This document shows, one piece after another, positions 59,901 to 64,000 of a stretch of 64,000 nt of DNA. Origin of the DNA: Amphiscolops sp. MND2022 (lineage: Eukaryota). Each line of letters opens with the position of its first letter. The stretch's first letter is position 1. The notes beneath the pieces were generated by a model, which worked only from the letters and a program-made list of their open reading frames with translations, searched no databases and was not told the origin of the DNA. The stretch lies in the NCBI GenBank assembly GCA_964187785.1, contig OZ076418.1:27094001-27158000 (forward strand), given 5' to 3'. Made by a program: the position numbers and the translations under genes.

Positions 59901-62160
59901 AGACATTTTTTTCGGAATTTTTTTCTCCAAAGGGTCCCCCCTTCAACTGCGACAAAAATGTTGACAATTTCGGAAGTGTCCCCCGTTTAGCGCGCCAGGG
60001 GCTCGCGCTAGCGGGCCCCGGCGCGCCACTGGGTCCATTCTTTTGCTTTTTCGATTTTCGAGTACTGTAAATTGACACTTGGAAGTCCTTTTGCTATTTT
60101 TGGGCCTTGGATATGGCGCCGACTTGAGCCGGTCCCTGGTTAATCTCTTCAAAAACCGCATTTATCTCATCATAAACGACTACTGGACAACGAGTGCTTG
60201 CCGTGTTGAATGTTTTCAACATTTTAATCCACGATGTCTATCAAAAATTTGACAAAAATTGCATAAAAACGTTAAAAATTGTAAATTTCGCAGTTTTTAC
60301 TATTTTTGGGGTCATTCGGGGGTCTTTGGGGTCAACCAAGAAAGCCTAAAAATCTCTACAAATACATACCGCGTGATACTAGTTGTCCGTCAGTTGAATT
60401 CTATGGGTGATACCCTTTAGCTTGGATATAAATTTGGTGCTTGTCAAGTTTTGTAAAAAATAAACGTTTGATTTAAATATTTTCCTTTTCCATATGAAAT
60501 ATGGACGGAAAATAAAAATGGTCTAAAATAATTCTTGTTTATTAATGGGTATGATTTTCAGACAAACGAGATCCCCAGTTTTTGATATTTCTGCGTATGC
60601 TGAAATGTTAAAACAGTAAACAGATTTTTCTCACCAAAATTTCGTGACACTTTGATCACCCTTAGCATCTAGTCAAACCCTGTTGGCGGCAAGGGGGCGC
60701 TTGAAATTGAGCGAACGAGTGGTAACTAAGTAATCGTTTTATGAGAGCTTCGTCTGCATTCAAATGAGACTCCCAAAGGTCATTGCCGTTTACAAATTTT
60801 ATTTTCTTCTATTCAAGTAACGAAGCTTATAGTTCTAGATTTGGATTCTGAGTATTGGGGTGAAATGAACGCACACCTTCAGTCAAATCTCCAAGCTTGC
60901 ACCTTCGCAAAATTCGAAAATGTTTTTGAGAAGTCTATGAAATTGGAAGATTGACTTACAGAATGTTGAAAATCCCATGAATCATTTTTTACAAATCATT
61001 TTATCCCGCTACCTTATTTGGCAATGATAAATGAACTTTCTGAAATTTATCTATCAAGAATATAAAGCCAATCTCAAATCTGATGGACGACGAAATAGCA
61101 AACCTCAATTAGCACCTTTGCTTTCAGTTTACTCTGACCGGTTGCAAAGCTACATAGTTTCATCATTCAAAGCGAACGGAGCGACCGATCACAATTAAGA
61201 ATTCGGTTCCGTTCTGCTATGAATTTATCCTGCATTATTACCGTTCGGCTATACAACCTACCACCGTTGTCGCGTTTTAACAATGAAAAGATTTCTGGCT
61301 CGCTCAACAGATTAAGTTCGAAATTTTTGCTGTTCATATCCCTCGAGGCCGGATATTTTTGAATAAACACCAGCCGCTCAAGAGCCAGGGTATCAGTTTT
61401 AAGCCCACGTAAGCATGGGCATGCTATTAGTGTGTCAGGACATTTCATCCTATGCAATCTCAACAGTTCACTACTTCAACCTATTGTTAAAAGTTCTGTG
61501 GTTTTTGAAACTTTACCACATATAGTAATGCAATGCAGTAAACTCTGGCCATGGTAACTTCACTAGTCTTTTGACCCTCCTAATGAACAGTTTACAACAT
61601 ATCAGTTTCTTTATTGGCAATTTTTTTCTGATATTTTCAAATGAACTCATATGGAAAAATTGAACGTATCCGGGTATTAATCAGATTTCTTTTCTAATAT
61701 TAGCAACAAATTTCATTGATCAGATTTTGATCTGCAGTAGATGAAATGAATTTTCATCAAGGAATTTTTGGAAGATACCCTTCTTCAAAAGGGAAATTTT
61801 TAATTTTGAGTCCCCCATTCTCCGCTATTTCGATTTTTACAACCAAAGAAAACAGTTTCGGATTGATTAGTAGGTTTCGTCCAGTTGTTTTTCTTCAAGT
61901 GTCGCGATTTTCGTTAAATGGTTTTCGAGATTTCTTGTTAGGAAGTTCGAAAACTCGAGAATACAACGTTTCAGATGGAATACAACTGCAATTCAGACCA
62001 AAGTTTGCGTCAGTTTTGCTCTTGAAGCTTCCTTTAAAAATGCAAGCGAAATTGCTAGCATTTTAGAACCAGTGTTTTTTTCGGAAGTGTGCGCTATGAG
62101 TCGGTTACCGACTGTCGGTACAAAATCGAGTAACCTTTCAGATCCTTTTCCGAATGAACT

Positions 62161-62845
62161 ATGGCGAGCGGGTTTTCCGAAGACGACTTACTCGATGCCG
62201 AGTTGATGGAGGCTTTTTCATGTTACGATGACGATGACGTCACTGACGATTCTTCTATCTTAGCCAATCAGAACCGCGAAAACTTACCGCCTAATCTGAG
62301 CAATATAAACAGTCAGCTTTCTTCGGCCTTTGAAAAGAGTCGTCCAAAAACTTCTGAAAAACCAGTGACATCTGAATCTAGTTCAAAAAACACTATCACA
62401 GAAACTGGCAAAGGTGATGAATTATCTGAAAATCTGAAGCTGTTGAAATCGCTGGATGAAAAACGAAGCCGAGTTCTTGAAAATTTAAAAAAGAGCGGAA
62501 TGGCAATTGGAACTACAAGTTCTTCAGACTTTAGTGGTCCGAAATATTTTGACAATCAGTCTGGATTCACAATAGGAAACCCGATAATATCGAAAGAAGA
62601 GCTGAACAAAAAAATGGAAGGCAAGAAAAACTTCAGACTTTCGACGTTGAAAGACAAAATGCGAATGCATACTCTTTCAGAGGTCAATTTTGTTGTGTTC
62701 GGGGTTGTTTCCAGACGATACGAGCCCAAAAATGCTGTAAATGGCAAGAAGTTCTGTTCTTTTCTGTTGTCGGATTTGGAACATACCAGTTTGAGACTTT
62801 CAGTTTTTCACGAAGACTACAAAAACTTGTACAAGGAGGGTGAAG
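62161..62845 (+). CDS. MCM10: MCM10 first coding exon (N-terminus and start of OB-fold)
   Basis: SGFTIGNPIISKEELNKKMEGKKNFRLS..FVVFGVV..NGKKFCSFLLSDL matches the MCM10 internal domain; donor G|GTTTGA. Confidence 0.85.
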
Positions 62846-63192
62846 GTTTGAATGCCATTAACTAATTAACTATTGACAATTTTCATTTCCTAAAAGAATT
62901 TTTCGAGGAAAGTGGAAATTACTCATTCGTTTGGTTAAAAAATAGCAGAACTTATAGCATTTGTGACATTAATAGTTTGTCAGAAGATCATGATGTTTTA
63001 TGTAATATTTTCAGTGTTATCGTTATATGCTTTTCGGAGTTCATCATTTAGTTTTTATGGAGTTTTTTTTCAAAATGTTGAAACTGTTGTATATTGAAAC
63101 GCGCATTAAAAGGGGTGGGTTCTTATGCTAAAGTAAACTTGAAATCTACAGATTTACTAAAAATGTACTTGTTAGTTCAAGATATTTTAGTA

Positions 63193-64000
63193 CAGTGGAG
63201 TTCGCTTATTAGCAATTGCTCTAATAGCAAGATTCATATATTAGCAAGTAAAAAATCCTCCCGAGCGGTATACGGTGTGAGATTGTTTGCCTATTAGCAA
63301 TTTTCTTAATAGCAAGATTTTTTATTAGCAAGGATTTTTCATGTCCCGGGAGTCACTTTTCTCAGAAATATTCGCTTAATAGCGAGATGGAAGGTGAAAT
63401 TCTGTGACATTTCTGAGAAATAGGCACAATGCGTTTACATGCACATGCAAAGGAGTCTTGTTATTTTATTCAATAATTGAATCTGTTGATATCTTCAGAT
63501 TGGTTAATATGTCTACCAAACGTCCACGCACGGAACTTTCATTGTGTAAGAAATATGATATTGTTAAAGAGCTGAACGGGGGCGCGAAGCAGGCCGATGT
63601 GGCCAAAAAATATGGGATCAATGAGTCAACCGTTTCTAGAATTAAAAAAGAGCGCCAATCCATTTCAAAAAAATTTGAAACGGGTGAGAAAAACCCAAAG
63701 CAAAAAAGAAACCGCAATATTGGCTTTGCAGATGTTGATCAGGCACTTTATAATTGGGTTGTTAGTACGGCTTCTGGATTGCCTGGGCTCAGTGGGCAAA
63801 TGTTATTGGAAAAAGCTCGTAAACTTGCTCGTGATTTACATTACGATGACGATGACAAAATTGACCTGAACTGGATTAATAGATTTAAAAGTCGACATAT
63901 GGTTTATGCAGCAAAAAATTATGGTTTAAAGGGCAGAAATTTTCAGGCGGAAAACGTTCAAAAGAGCGAATTTCCGTTTTGGTTGGAGCATCTGCGGGCG
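63193..64000 (+). mobile_element. Tigger/pogo DNA transposon, 5' part; transposase ORF 63509 to beyond 64000 is open
   Basis: TA|CAGTGGAG terminus, subterminal TAGCAA repeats; MSTKRPRTELSLCKK..ADVAKKYGINESTVSRI (psq-type HTH) and DVDQALYNW..LLEKA..WINRFKSRH (CENP-B HTH). Confidence 0.88.

Noticed and set aside
61167-61463. 98-aa ORF divergent from MCM10
   Set aside because: Could be an exon of a neighbouring gene, but no motif or consistent exon chain found.
56924-62845. PDS5-MCM10 adjacency as a functional cluster
   Set aside because: Two neighbouring housekeeping genes with no sequence evidence of co-regulation.

Overview
AT-rich eukaryotic (invertebrate-type) genomic DNA with short GT-AG introns and a heavy transposon load. 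Main finding: a 14.0-kb, apparently recent, envelope-bearing Ty3/Gypsy element (8769-22776, minus strand) with identical 100-bp LTRs, PBS, PPT, gag, a -1 frameshift pol and an F-type env. Its integrase ends in a TARG1/OARD1-like macrodomain. Between pol and env it carries an antisense cassette: a small type-I membrane protein and a four-exon gene joining an integrase-type HHCC zinc domain to an OTU-like cysteine protease. The splicing was reconstructed by eye; the ORF track shows only fragments. A deubiquitinase plus ADP-ribosylhydrolase pairing resembles the counter-defence kit of RNA viruses. The rest of the window holds a decayed Gypsy (1-6 kb), a multi-exon PDS5 gene (31.7-56.9 kb) whose 5' end is duplicated upstream and whose introns contain CRE-, RTE-, hAT- and Helentron-like elements plus a 2966-bp tandem duplication, and the first exon of MCM10 followed by a Tigger/pogo transposon. 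Many frameshifts fall in homopolymer runs and may be assembly errors. All protein family calls come from manual motif recognition; no database search was run.
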